64,000 bases of DNA from the human T2T-CHM13v2.0 reference genome, Homo sapiens, in assembly GCF_009914755.1 (NCBI RefSeq), contig NC_060926.1. One strand, 5' to 3'. Both the position numbers and the translations under genes were made by a program. The number at the start of each line of letters is the position of its first letter. The first letter of the stretch is position 1. The notes under the pieces were generated by a model. That model was not told the DNA's origin. It worked only from the letters and a program-made list of their open reading frames with translations, and made no database searches. Shown here in pieces: positions 43,096 through 58,095 of the stretch.

Positions 43096-45311
43096 ATCTC
43101 TCAAAAGTTTTACATATGGGGATACTGAAGTCCAAAGAGGGGCAGCAACGAGCCCAAGGCCACACTCAGGACAGAGCCTGGCTAGACAAATTCATCCCAC
43201 TTGGAGAATTCTAGGCTCCGGCTGTGTGCCCAGCTAGGCCTGAGGATGCACCTTACCCCTCAACTCCCCCCACACCTCTGCACCTCCCTTCCACCTAACC
43301 TGGACCTCTCCATCCTGGGGCCAATGTCTGCTCTGCCACTGCAGCGTGGGCAGGCAATGCAGAGAAGCACCACTGTGGCCCGGGCAGGCTGCTAGCACCC
43401 TCAGGAGCCCTGGGGCACCCAGGGATGACCCTCTCTGCTGGTGCCCAGGCTCCCTGCACTGACCCTGCCCAGAGGAAGCATATGGCCCTGGGTGTTAGAA
43501 AGCAGGCCTCATGGCCCCGTGCACTCGGCCTACCTCTAAAAAAGCTCTATGGGTTACAAAGCACTTCTGGGTTTCTCATTTGACCCTCAAGAAACCTACA
43601 AGACAAATGTCAATACCTCCACTTTGCAGATGAGGAAAAGTGAGGCTCTGTAGGGTGGATAACTTATCTAAATTATCTACACGAGAACAGCCCCAGGGTG
43701 AAACACAGGGCCTTCCTCATCACACCAGGGGGCCTCCACAAGACGGTTCAGTGTGAGTTAAGATGTCCTAGATTGTACAATATGAGACAGACAAGATCAA
43801 TGCAGACAGACATGCTGAAAACTGCGCAAATGTTATATAAAAAGAATGCTCGCCTAGCTAGGCGGTGACACATGCATTTTTTTTTTTTAAGTGCAGAGAA
43901 CCCAGAGGGATGCCTCCACAGTGCGAGATCAGATACAAACAAGAAATGAGACAGTATTAAAAAAAAACAGAGTTGAAGAATGCCTTTCAAGGGGCTTTAC
44001 AAGCCAGGAAAGGAGGATTCTTTAAATATACACAGGCCACAGCAGCTCCTCAATAACCACAGGTCACAGGGCCCAGGGGAAGGGGCGAATACGATGGGCT
44101 ACTAAGCCTGGACCTTTGTCACAATGGCAGCCAGGGAAAATCCCCTCCTATGGGGGCCTTCTGTAAGGAATGAGATTGGTAAACGGGGAGGAAGAAAACA
44201 TCCCCAGGACAGTGGAATCGGAGGCCCATCAGCTAAATGACTTAGTGTGTGCCTCGGAACAGCACTGTCTAGAGAATGTGAGTGAGGCCCGACGGTGGGG
44301 CTCCTGCAAGCCAAGGGCTCCGGAGTGGCCCCCGAAACCAAGGCCCTGTCCACCCGAGTGGCAGCATCTATGAAAACAGCAATTTCAGTGAATCAGGAGC
44401 ACACAGAACCTCCTGAACACAGATGACATGGTTCCCAGAGCAGAGAATCATAGTGTCAACCTATTGAGTTTGTTTTTGAAGGGGAAATAACCCTATGGAT
44501 AACAGGAAATTGGTGGGTGTAATTTCTGGAGACCTTCAAAAAGCATGTGAGATTAATCCAGGCCAAAACTATGTACAAGCCTGAGTGACATGAGAACTGG
44601 GAGGATGGTGCGGCCATGGAAGAGACTGGAGGAAAGCCAGGAAACCGAGGCAGGGACAGCGAGGCCTCTCTCCAGATGGAGAATGTAAACAAGGGCATCC
44701 CCGGGGAACAGGCTGGTTTTCCTTCTTCAGCAGTGACCTCAGATGGGAAGGTAAGGGAGGGAGGAGCTCCCCTGAGTGGGGGTGTGAGGCTGACACACTT
44801 CACCCAGCAGGGCCCTGAGGCCGCAGGATGGGTCAAGGCCCCACCCACGGCATGAGCAGGTGCACAGGGTGGATCTGCGGTTGGACCAGCAAGAGTGGTG
44901 GTGGAGGCGTGACGTGAAGGAATGCCCGTGATGCCCCTGACCCTGACCTTGGTCCCGAGAAGGTCATCTGAGAAAGGAATGCAGGAAGTCATAGCTGGCT
45001 GCTTGGGCAATGCATTTCTTGAAAGGGAAAAGTTTTACATTACGAAAACAAAACAAAGAGCAGGAAGGCAGAAGAGGAGAGATCTGGGTCAAGCAGAAGC
45101 AGATTTAGGAGTGAGAGGCTCCCTGAAGCTCAGAAGCTGCCCTCTAATAGTGAGGAGCCCAGAAGACAAAGTTCAGAAGCAAACACCTGAACAGGGTGGA
45201 TGAACGCCAAGCCCCACGGAGCCAGGGGCTGCCGCTCTGGTTCCTCTCCCTCTGACAAGGCCACAGTCCCTGAGCCCAAGCTCCAGGCCCGAGGCCTCCC
45301 GAGAGCCTCAC

Positions 45312-45461
45312 CTGCTGCTGGCTCTGCTCTTCCAGGTTCATCTTCACCTCCAGCGACTGGCGGGCCTCCAGGAAGGCCTTGCGGTGCTTGCGGTCAGCCA
45401 TGTAGTAGGACATGATGCCCACAGCGATGGCGCACAGGTAGAGGAAGACGTTGGCCAGGAT
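45312..45461 (-). CDS. ADCY3: ADCY3 exon, 150 nt, ILANVFLY...EEQSQQQ (TM6 and coiled coil)
   Basis: Acceptor cag|ATC, donor CAG|gtgagg; phase 0-0; 50 codons. Confidence 0.97.
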
Positions 45462-48400
45462 CTGCACCCCAAGGAAGAAGAGAGAAAAGGCCAGGGGTGA
45501 AGGCACGTCTTCAGAAAAGGGGATGGAGAAGGGGATGGAGGAGGTGGGGTGGGTGGTGACCAAAATCAAACCTCAAGTTGCCCAATGTCCAGGGAGGGGC
45601 CCAGCACAGCCTTGGACCCCAGAGCCTCAGACACCACCACATGTACCACGGATGGGTGGTCCACCCAGGGGCATGGCTCAAGGCCTGAAAGGCTCAAGGG
45701 TTCCACGAGGGGCAGGGTGCAGGCGTTCAAGCCTGGCTGAGGGGCTGTGGATCCCCCCTCCGGCTTCCCAACAAAGCAAGGCTGGCCAGTCCCTCCACCT
45801 GTGACGCCTGAGCAGACCCTCTGCCACCCATTCATTCCTTCACGCATTTGCTCAAGCAGCACTCACTCAGGTGCTCTGCCAATTTGTTGGTAAGGAGGGT
45901 GCACAAATCCCAGGTCCCACTGAGCAGGACTGTGTAATCCTAAAAGCTCAGATGGCTTGGGATGCGGCAGGACCCCTGAAGAGGTCTCAGGCTGATTCGG
46001 CAGTCACAATGTTTACCTTACACATGTGTCATAGGTTTCTAGTTTTCTGGGATTCACAGGTATCCTCTCAGCTAACCCCACCTGCCAGCAGGTGAGGGGT
46101 GCCCAGTACCAATACTCAGGTCTCAAGCTATTGTGGGGGTGTCCTGGGACTTGAGGTCTCCCCCACTGCCTGCAAGGTCAGTACCCCGGCTCAAAGGGCT
46201 TCTGGGGCATCAAGTGCCTATTCCCCATCCCTGGCACCCTGAAGATGCCCCAGGTGTCCTGGCCCACTTCCACAGGCTGTAGGGACTGCAGATCTGATGG
46301 TCTCCTGCTGGGGTAACCTTGGATACAGATCTGAACATCCCAACCCTGCCTGGCGGCCAGGCCTGGCTGCTGCTACTCCAATCTTTGGCCATGCCTGGGC
46401 CCCAACATGGCTGGACCAAGTGCTAATCCTTCCTCCTCCTCCAAGACCACTGGCCTCAGTAAGCCTTTTCAAGCAAGGCCTCTTTCCTGGTCTGGCTCCT
46501 CCAGCTTCCCTGGCGCCAGCTCCATGCCCTTCCCCCGAGGCTGTGGCCACCCTCCCAGCCCTGGATCCCCGACGCCTCGCCTGCTAGGTGTGGTTTCTCG
46601 GAACCGAGTTTGGAGTTGAGAAATGAGATGGGAAGAGAAGCGGAAGAATTTCTCAATTTCTGGCCCTCAGGGGATAAAAGATTGGCCTCAGAGTAGACTG
46701 TATTCTGGGGTAGGTGAAAAAGGCAGGGAAGTCAATTTTTTATTTTTAAACAAGATGGTCTAACAGACAACAAGGGAAGCTGGTTCTCACATGAATTTTC
46801 TGGGTTCTCTTGGTTATGCCATATTCCCTGAACTGTGTTGTGTTTCATCAGAGCTGATCAACACTTGCCCTGAGGATCAACCACCACCACACCCGGCAGA
46901 ATGTTCCTGCAGCCTCTGTGGCACTCAACAAGGGCCCGTTGCGTGACGAATCAGGAGGTCAGGCGAGTCTCAGTGCTGGTCAGCAAGTCACCGGGTGTAG
47001 ATTCCCAAGCTCTGCTGGCGTCTGGTTCCAGCTTGTAATGACCTGTTGACCTCTTGGGTCTGAGCAGCCCCAGTCGCCTACCCCGTTTGTGGGGCAAGTC
47101 TGTTGGGGCAGGACAACCCACCCCTGTCTGAGTGGTCAGTACCATATGTCCTCAGGCCACCCAGTCAACACCTGAATGGCCAGCCTTATTGGGGCCAGAA
47201 GGGAACTGTGAGTGCAGGTTGGGAAGGGGAGGCCTCTGTGACTTGGGGGAGGCTCCGGGACTGGAGCCAGCCTAACTCTCTGGCCAACCTGGGAGCTGGC
47301 CACCTCTCCTTCCCTCCAGCCTCCTTCCCGGCTGGGCTTCTGTGGGCCAGGTCTTCTTCTGGCCTTGCTTTTCCCCTTGGAAGTGAGGCGGACAAAGACC
47401 AGACAGTGTCAGGGCTGGAGGGAGCTTTGAGGGGAGCTGATTCTCAGCTCACCGGTGAAACTGGAGCTCAGAGTAGTGGTTGGACCTGGAAAATTGCCCA
47501 GCCGGTGAGGGGCAGGATCAGAGTCCAGGGTTCCCCCCGAATTTATGTCCCCATATTGTATGTACCTACAAGTGCAGTGAAAAAGCAGATTTTATTTTTA
47601 AAAACTTGCAGATCAATGAAAGAAATACTGTCCTACATAGGAGGTCACCAGGCATGAGCCAAGCCTGACCCTGCTTCCAGCCTGGGGTCATAATCTTTGG
47701 TGATTGGTGTGAAGTTTTTCTGAGACAGTTGTTCTGGTGGGCTGCACAGCAGGTCTTAGGTAGACAACCGAGGGGGTAATGACAGTAACTCCTTGCACAA
47801 GCTCAGTGCTGTTCACTCGATAGAGCCTGTCCCATCTGTCCCTATGAGATGGCCAGGCAAGGTTGTCCATCCCTACCAGGGAACTCCCTCCCTGCCTGCC
47901 AGTGAGCTGATTCTAGAAAATTCTGTGAATGCCAGGTCTTGGGTTTCCTAAAGCACCCCCAATTCTCTCAACTTGCCTCAACTGAGGAGGAGGACCCCCT
48001 GGGGCGCTGCCCCCTGTTCCATCCCTATGGTCCCTCTCTCCCACAAAGTCGTGGCTACAAGGCCTGCAGGGAGCTTGGCAACCCCCAACCTCCCCCACCC
48101 CACCCCCCGTGGGTGTAGCTGATGGGAGGCTCAGCCACAACCCTACAGGCCAACTCACAGCCTCCAGGGCCAGGCCACAAATCCCACTGGGTGATGCTGC
48201 CAAGCCCAGAAAACCTCAAGGCAGAAGCAGGAGCCAGCTTTGAGAGAGATGATTCCAGAGTGAGCCGCAGGAGCTGCGCTTGTGGTGGGAGAGGCTCCCG
48301 ACAGGGTCACCTGGGAAGGTGGCAGCACCCTGGGGTGCTCACGCAGCGACGGGAGGCGAGGGTGGCAGCAGTGCTCCCAGGCAACACTGACGTGCAGCCT

Positions 48401-48751
48401 GGGTGGGGAGTCCCCCTCCCGGCCTCAGTTTCCTCACCTGTATCCTCACCTCAGCATCACAACATTAAGTCCTAGACACAAGCACGCACTTTATCAGCCT
48501 CATCTCCTCTAACTTTACAACCAGTGCTGAGGCAGGTGATGTCACTCTGGTTTTACAGAAGGAATTGAGATTAAATTAAACAAGGTGTTAAAACTAGAGG
48601 GTGAGATCTCCTCCAGCATTCAAATCTCATTATTCTATGGTTCAAAACCCCTCCCTAAAGCACTCCTCAACTTATTTACATATTTCACAACCCCATCTTT
48701 TCCCAGAAAGGAGTGTGGACTTCTTTTTGGGAGGGGGGCGGTGGTGCAGAT

Positions 48752-49031
48752 AGAGACAGGGTCTCACTCTGTTGCCCAGGCTGCACTGCAGTGGCACATT
48801 CAGGGCTCACCACAGCCTCAAACTCCTGAGCTCAAGCGAACCTCCCACCTCAGCCTCTTGAGTAGCTGGGATGACAGGTGCACATCACTTGTCCCAGCTA
48901 ATTTTATTCTTTGTAGAGATGGGGTCTTGCTATATTGCCCAGGCTAGTCTTGAACTCCTGGGCTCAGGTGATCCTCCTGCCTCAGTTGCCCAAAACAATG
49001 GGACTACAGGCATGAGCCACCATACCTGGCC
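48752..49031 (-). mobile_element. AluJ-like
   Basis: gagacagggtctcactctgttgcccagg...acctggcc. Confidence 0.9.
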
Positions 49032-49135
49032 TAGAGATTTTTAAAACTGAAATTTAGATAGTCACGAAGATACTAGCCCTATAGCACTTAGGTGTGAGCT
49101 GCACGCATTTTAAATCTGAAACAATACTTGCAGAT

Positions 49136-49208
49136 TTTCCACAGCCTCCATACACAGTGGTGGCCATTATCATTTCCACAGCTTCCATACACAGTGGTGG
49201 CCATTATC
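49136..49208. repeat. 37-bp tandem duplication with one mismatch
   Basis: tttccacagc(c/t)tccatacacagtggtggccattatc twice. Confidence 0.95.
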
Positions 49209-51932
49209 TCTAAGCTAATAAGATTCAGAAATTTCCTGTTTCATATTCATAAATGTGTATCTCACTTAGCAAAATGAATGTGCCCCTCAAAATATGTCTG
49301 TAAAAAGTAAGTTTCACTCTTTCAGCATGAGCAGGGCCCTGAGCTGGCCCTAGGAGGGACGGTGGCGTGACATCGTCCCTGTCCCCAGGGCCAGGCAGGT
49401 GTGGCCGCAGGAAGAACTTGATGCTGGGTAAGCAGGGCAGCTGCCGTTCCTCTAAAATGCATCCATCAGGATCGCCTCTCATTACAGGTGAAGAACTGAA
49501 GACCCAGGAAAAAATTCTGCCTCTGGGGAAAACTTGAACCCTAGCGAGAATCTGAAATAGGTCTTTCACGTCACCATGACACATGGGTTTCTCTGCACCA
49601 GGCCTTGAGCTCTGCTGATCTGGGATTAATTTTCCGGTGTTCCCACTCCAAGGTACGAGTGAGAAGTGACCTTCCTTTTTAGAACTCTTCTCCCTCCAGG
49701 GTGGCCCTTCCCCACACCCACCACTTTGCAAACCCCTCATCCCATTCTACCCAACCTGGCCCACTTGGCAGGCTCCTGTCCACCTGGGAGCCCTGCAGAG
49801 ACCTCCCATCTGCTCCATCACTTGTACTGCTGCACCCAAGGCAGCCCCTCCTCCTCCCCCATGTCCCCCACACATGGCCCTGCCACTGTGTGCGGGAAGG
49901 TGGGCACTGTCCTCACATCTGTGTCCTCAGCCCATCCTGGCCCCATCCAGCCCTAGGTGCCCAGGAAGCCTCACGCTGTTGGGTGGCACAGATGTGGGTT
50001 ACGACTCTACACTCACAGACTCACCACCCACCCCTCCCCCCTTCAGCCTCTGGTCAGCAGGCGAGCTGAGCAGAAGCCATCAGTAAACATGACCTTCTGG
50101 CCCTAGATCCTTCCTGGGACCCAGCTTTGCTGCTTCTAGCCTTCCAGTGAGCATCCCCTACCTACCCCAGTCCACCCCCGCCTGAAGAACAAAGAGGAAC
50201 AAGGCTCGGTCGCTCCCCTGAGGACAGCGGACAGGGTACATTTTGGGAGTGATCTAGAACATCAGACAGAGCAGACCAACAGGCAGGAGGAGAGGTGTGA
50301 ACAGTTGGGGAGATCACATCCAATCAGGGTGATGCTGAGGATGGCTTCACGAAGACGTGAGCATTAAAGAAAGATGGGGGTCTCTCTGAAACACGAAGAC
50401 GAGCTCAGACACCACACTGGGTGAGTGGCACACAGGAGACTCCTCCCTCTCTGGAATCATGAAGAGCAACTTATTCCCAGGGCTCCCGCTCAAAGTGTTC
50501 TGCACACACACAGGCACCATCTGACCACCAGACAGAGAGGGAAGAGGCTCCTTGGCCTGGGGCGAGACAGCTGGCGCTCGAAGCCTTACTTCTGGGCCCA
50601 AGGGCAACAGCTGTACCTGGGAGCTGACTGCACTGCCCAGTCCCGGGTCCTGGGGTGACTCACCAAACCCATGAGGTTGAGAAGCCTGCTCTGGACACCA
50701 CCAAAGTCACCTCTTCTTGCCCCGTGGTCCCCTTTAGACTGCACAGCACGATCAGGCTCTGTGGTGACAGAGGTCCACAGCCCCTGGGGTCTCTATTTAT
50801 AGATCTTTTTACAAGTTTCTTAATCCTAAAGTTTTCCTGGAAATAACTTATTTCAAAAGAATTGTTCTGCTTTTTTAAAATATACAACATTTTTAGAATA
50901 ATAAAATGCATCTCCCAAATGGATAAACACTTGGACTAAAGTGTCATCTAACCCATGACAGCCTGATAAAGTGTTTCTAATATCCCGGCTCAGAACGCAA
51001 CCATGAGAACATTCCTTTACAAAATCCTCCCTCCTGGAAGTTTACGCATCGCAAGATCCTTCACGTTTGCTAACAACCCGTAGGGAAATGGGGCTGCTCT
51101 AAGTGGGACTGTCGAGTGGAAGTCACCCCACTGGAGGCGGTTTGGTGGCTCTCTTGCCCAAACCAATCTCTTCCTATAAGCTCATTCCAGCCTGAAGGTT
51201 CCAGAACACTCTGGAACTGTGGAGAAGAAGCTGAGCAAGAGAAAGCTGCTCAGGGTGCAGTGTCCGTGTCGCCCACAGAGACCTATGACGTTCTGCGGCT
51301 GGAGGCCAGCCGCACGGGAAACTCGTCATTAAAACTTACTCAGATGCTTTAGGAAAAAGTCTCCTAGCAGCCATGGGGCAGGAAGGAGGAGGGGAGGTGG
51401 CCCCTCCAAAGGCAACCAGCCTTCTCCCACCCAAGGAGGCCCAGCCAGAGCCTGTGAGGCCGCCACTCAGCACAGATGGGTCCCACTTCTGGGGCCACTC
51501 TCGCTGCAGACGCCTGTAGAGGCTGCTGCAGTGGCTCCTTAAGTCCCTATGAAATGTCCCTACCCCTCAGAGGCCTTCCCTGCCCACCCCTACTCATTCT
51601 CCAGTCCTGCTTTGAGGCCCAGCACAGAATGTTCTGCACTTGCCCTTCTCTGTCCTCACTCCTTCGCCTCGTCGCCTGGAAAGCAAACTCCATGCAGCCG
51701 GGACACGGGTTGTTTCCCTGCTGGCTCCCCAGCACCCGGGACTGGCACATAGAAAGCCATAGGCAACAACTGGCAGATGGAGGGGCGGGAAGAGGTCAGG
51801 CCTCGCAGTCACATAGACCTGCACACGGCTGCCCGCAGGCTGTGTGCCCTGGAGCAAGTCGCCTGCCTCTCTGACATGGCTCCTCACCCTTGCAGTAACC
51901 CCACAGGCTGTTCCAGTAAGACTGAAAGACTG

Positions 51933-52218
51933 GGCCGGGCGCGGTGGCTCATGCCTGTAATCCCAGCACTTTGGGAGGCCGATGTGGGCAGATCACAAGG
52001 TCAGGAAATCGAGACCATCCTGGCTAACATGGTGAAATCCCGTCTCTACTAAAAAAAAATGCAAAAAGTTAGCCAGGCGTGGTGGGCAGGAGGCTGAGGC
52101 AGGAGAACGGCATGAACCCGGGAGGCGGAGCTTGCAGTGAGCCGAGATTGCGCCACTGCACTGCAGCCTGGGCGACAGAGCGAGACTCTGTCTCAAAAAA
52201 AAAAAAAAAAAAAAAAAA
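51933..52218 (+). mobile_element. AluY-like with a right-arm deletion
   Basis: TSD aagactgaaagactg; lacks the gcctgtagtcccagctact segment. Confidence 0.93.
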
Positions 52219-53439
52219 GACTGAAAGACTGCACATACCTCACACAGGGCTTGGCACAAAATACCCCTTTCATGACTTTTTCTTTGCTTCCATTGAAGGC
52301 AAATTAGTAACTAATAATAACACTTTGAGGACGTTTTACAAGAATCTTCATGTTCATCATTCTATTTGTTTCTCACAACAAGAGGAGGCAGGGCAGAGTT
52401 TTCTTATTCTCATTTTGCAAGAGACTTAAAGTCAGAGAAATAAGCTTCCGAGCCCCTAGTCTCCCAGCAGCGCTGAGACCGGAACCCAGACCCCCTTACC
52501 CCGGGGCCAGGGCTCCCCTCCCTCAATACGATCACCTTAGCTGAACTGTGATGGGTGTCTGCCAAGGCGGGGCTACAGCCGCGGCACAGGGGGCTCCCCA
52601 AGAGCTAAGGATCCAGTTAGGACCTGGAACATCTGGGCAGGTGGGAAGGAGGAGTCATAAGGTCTGCAGACAGTGAGTGACTCTCCCATGCTGCCTTGGG
52701 CAAATTCTAAGCATCGCTGCACCAAGAGAGACTCTGAGATCTCCAATAAATGCAACCTTAATCAATACAACACGAGGCTCAAGCCTGGGGTGCTGCTGCC
52801 ATGCCCTTCCGAGCTGGGTATCTGCCAAGTTTCCACCATGTGCCTCAAAACAAAGGGGCCTCCAGAAGCTTTCTGCTTATAACTTGTGCATGCCTTTGGT
52901 AAGAGATGTTCAAAGTCTACCCTCTTCCAAAACAAAGAGGACTTCCAGAATAGGCATCCAGCCCATCTGACATGTTAGGCCAGGTCCCTCATGATCTGCC
53001 AGGCAGCTAGAGCAGCTTCTCAGGTTGCGCACTGCCAGGGGTGCCACTACACAGATCTGTCGTGATGGCTTCCCCAGACACGGAACATGGCGGCCTTGGC
53101 CCCAGGCTCTACTGTCTTGACTCTGGTTGCTCCTCAACAGGCTCCCCTCCCTCCAATCACAATGGGCCTCTCTCCAGTCCTCCCTATAAGATGTGCTATT
53201 TCAGGGATCCAAGGCTCCAACCAAAACAGCCTGCCTCTGCTGCCTGTGGAGGTCCACATGTTATGACGAGTCTGTGACCTTACCCTTGTCAAGCTCTTAG
53301 CAGAAATAATATTTCAAATGTAAGCATATCAGAGCTCAAAAGAGAATAAAAGTGGTAGAAAGTGACTAGGTAGCTGCTTTAGATGAGGTCTGAGGAAGAC
53401 AGCTGGCCCTAGTTCTTCACTCCCCCGCAAAAGCATCAC

Positions 53440-54115
<676 letters not shown>

Positions 54116-54502
54116 TTAGGACAGGTCTCTCGGAAGCAGTGTCATTTCAACTGAGAAGTGAATGCCAAGCAAGATCCAGCCACGGGAGAGGCCAGAAGGA
54201 TGGGCATTCTGGGTGGAGAAGACACTAGCAGTGCAAAGGAGACCCCCCTACAGCATGAGGCACAGCCTTCCCTCAGTGCAGCTCCTGATGCGTCTGTGTG
54301 TATCTCCCAAGAGGATGCAGTAAGTACCTGAGATCATGGGTGTCACTTACATTTGTAGCCCCAGGGCCTTGCACAGCTATTGGAACATAGCAAACGTGAG
54401 CTGTGTGAACAGCTACAGTGGTAAAAAGAAGCTGAAAGAACAGTTCATTCTCCACTGAAGTGTTCCCCCTTGATAAGAGAGCCAAAATGAAGATAAACAG
54501 AG

Positions 54503-54721
54503 AAGTGGTTCTCAACCACAGGTGATCAGCCCACCACCGAGGCCATTCCACAGTGTGTCTGGAGACGTTTTGACAGTCACGACTAGGAGAGCGGGTGCTA
54601 CTGGCCTCTAGTGGGCGGAGGCCAGGGATGCTGCTGAACATCCTACACTGCACAGGGCAGCCCCCACCACAAAGAACCATCCAGCCCCAAATGTCAACGG
54701 AGCCAACGTCAAGAAACCCTG
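54503..54721 (+). mobile_element. MER20 (hAT-Charlie), near full length
   Basis: agtggttctcaac...gaggccagggatgctgctgaacatcctacactgcacagggcagcccc...gaaaccctg. Confidence 0.9.
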
Positions 54722-55474
54722 GCCTGGAACAACGCCTTCTTCCTTTTTGATTCCTGAGTGTTCACAATGAACTTTTTCTTGACCTTTTCTACCAGAGAAT
54801 AATGAACTCTGAAGCAATGGTGTGAACAAGTAGATTTATTTTTATGTCAATTGTAGAGTTTGTGGGCTAAGAGGAGAATGCTCCTGATACTTACTGAACA
54901 TAAAGACACAACAGCCTGATCAATGCACCCACCCAGAAGGCCCACGTTTCAGGGGTGTAGATGGTCAAAACCAGAGAAGGCCATCTGGTCAACCTCCCCA
55001 TTTCCATGCAAGAATGGACAGCTCAAATGTAGCATCTTATCCTAACCCAGGGATTACTCACTTGGACTAGGCTTTGGAGGAGTTGGTGAGCCCTTAAAGT
55101 AGGGCAGAAATCACACTTGGCCCGTCTCTGGGAAGCAAGTCCATTGCTCTTGTCAGATTCTCCTAAGGATCTGTTACTCCAGATGACTGAGAACCACAAA
55201 ACTCCTCAAAAGCTCCCACTGCTCTTGCTGCTTCACTAGACACACAAACATCTGCTCACAGCATTTCCTGTCTTCTCTTATTGATGTGACCTCATTATTT
55301 AGTCACCTTGGTCTCTTTCTCTAGGCCAAATAATTCCAATTCTATTTAAAGAAGTCCGTTTTAAAGCCGAATCATGTTTGGTCTCATGTCTTTTTACAAA
55401 GTGGTCAGTTCAACTCTATTGAATACTCTGGTGAGTGGCGGACCCCATACTGGGCCCTGGAGATTATAAAATTA

Positions 55475-56355
<881 letters not shown>

Positions 56356-56917
56356 TCATGCTTTCTTACCTATAAGCAACACTGGGTACATTTATCACAC
56401 AGATCACCTGACTTTCTGAAACTAACTTTAGATGAACTTGAAAGCAAATGTACCAGCTCGGAGGAAGACAAGTGTATAATCTGGAGACAGAAGATATTTA
56501 GGAATCCAGATAGATCATCACACAAACTTAAAATGTAAAAACTTGAAGGGAACAGATCACTGATGACACAGAAACACCAAGCCCTTATTCTCTTGTGTTT
56601 GTGGCCATGGAACACAGCAAACTCTTTGGATTCCAAAACTTCCTACCTTTCAATTCAGAAAATGACATTTTGAGAGTAAAACTTTTTGCACACCGTCTGC
56701 AACAAAAACCCACATCATCTGCTCTCCTGAATCACAGCTTTCTCCTGGGGATTTGATACATCTTTTTTCTCCCCTTTAGTCCTTCTAGGGGTTTCTCAGC
56801 AATTCCCTCTTCCCTACAGCCTCTCACAGCCTTCCCAGGGACATTCAGCATTTTTTTTTTCCAGTCACTGGTTCTGATGCAACCCTTCTGGCGTTGTTCC
56901 TGAGTTGCTGTTTTTCC

Positions 56918-57519
<602 letters not shown>

Positions 57520-57947
57520 TCATTTTCTAACAGTCTTCTGATCCCTGGTTCACCCTCACCCTGAGTTAGGTACCCTTTTACCATCTTTTTTCCCTTCTGA
57601 CCAGCATGTCTCCCACACATTCAAAGCTCCACCCACGGCGGTGCTTTCCACCTGTTGATGCTGCTTCATGTCTCCTGCGTTTAATTCAGTTCCCTGGTTT
57701 TCAATTCAGATTTAAAGTCCTTTCCAATTTTCCTTCTTCTTGTCCTGAGAGACTCTGGTCTGGAAGGACCATGGCAGGTCATGGACCAGGCCTCTCAATG
57801 CACTCTCTTAGTCACATGACAGAGACTTCCAAATTCCAAAATTCAAGTTCAAGGCCCTGGTGAACTATCACCTCTCCTAAATTCCAGTTCCTCAGCCTCC
57901 ACTGTCTTGATGAGCACCACCTGCAGGTGCTCACTTCACCCTCACTC

Positions 57948-58095
57948 AGCAGATCCCAACTTTGGCTGTGCCTTAGAATCACCTGGGGAGTTATGCCCAG
58001 GCAGAGTCCACAAAAGTGGAACCAGAGGCCCAGACACTGGTATTGCTGAAAAGTTTCCAGGAGACCTTATGGCGGGACCAGGAGTGGAAAACGCT
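57948..58095. mobile_element. MER5A-like fragment
   Basis: aactttggctgtgccttagaatcacctggggag. Confidence 0.55.
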
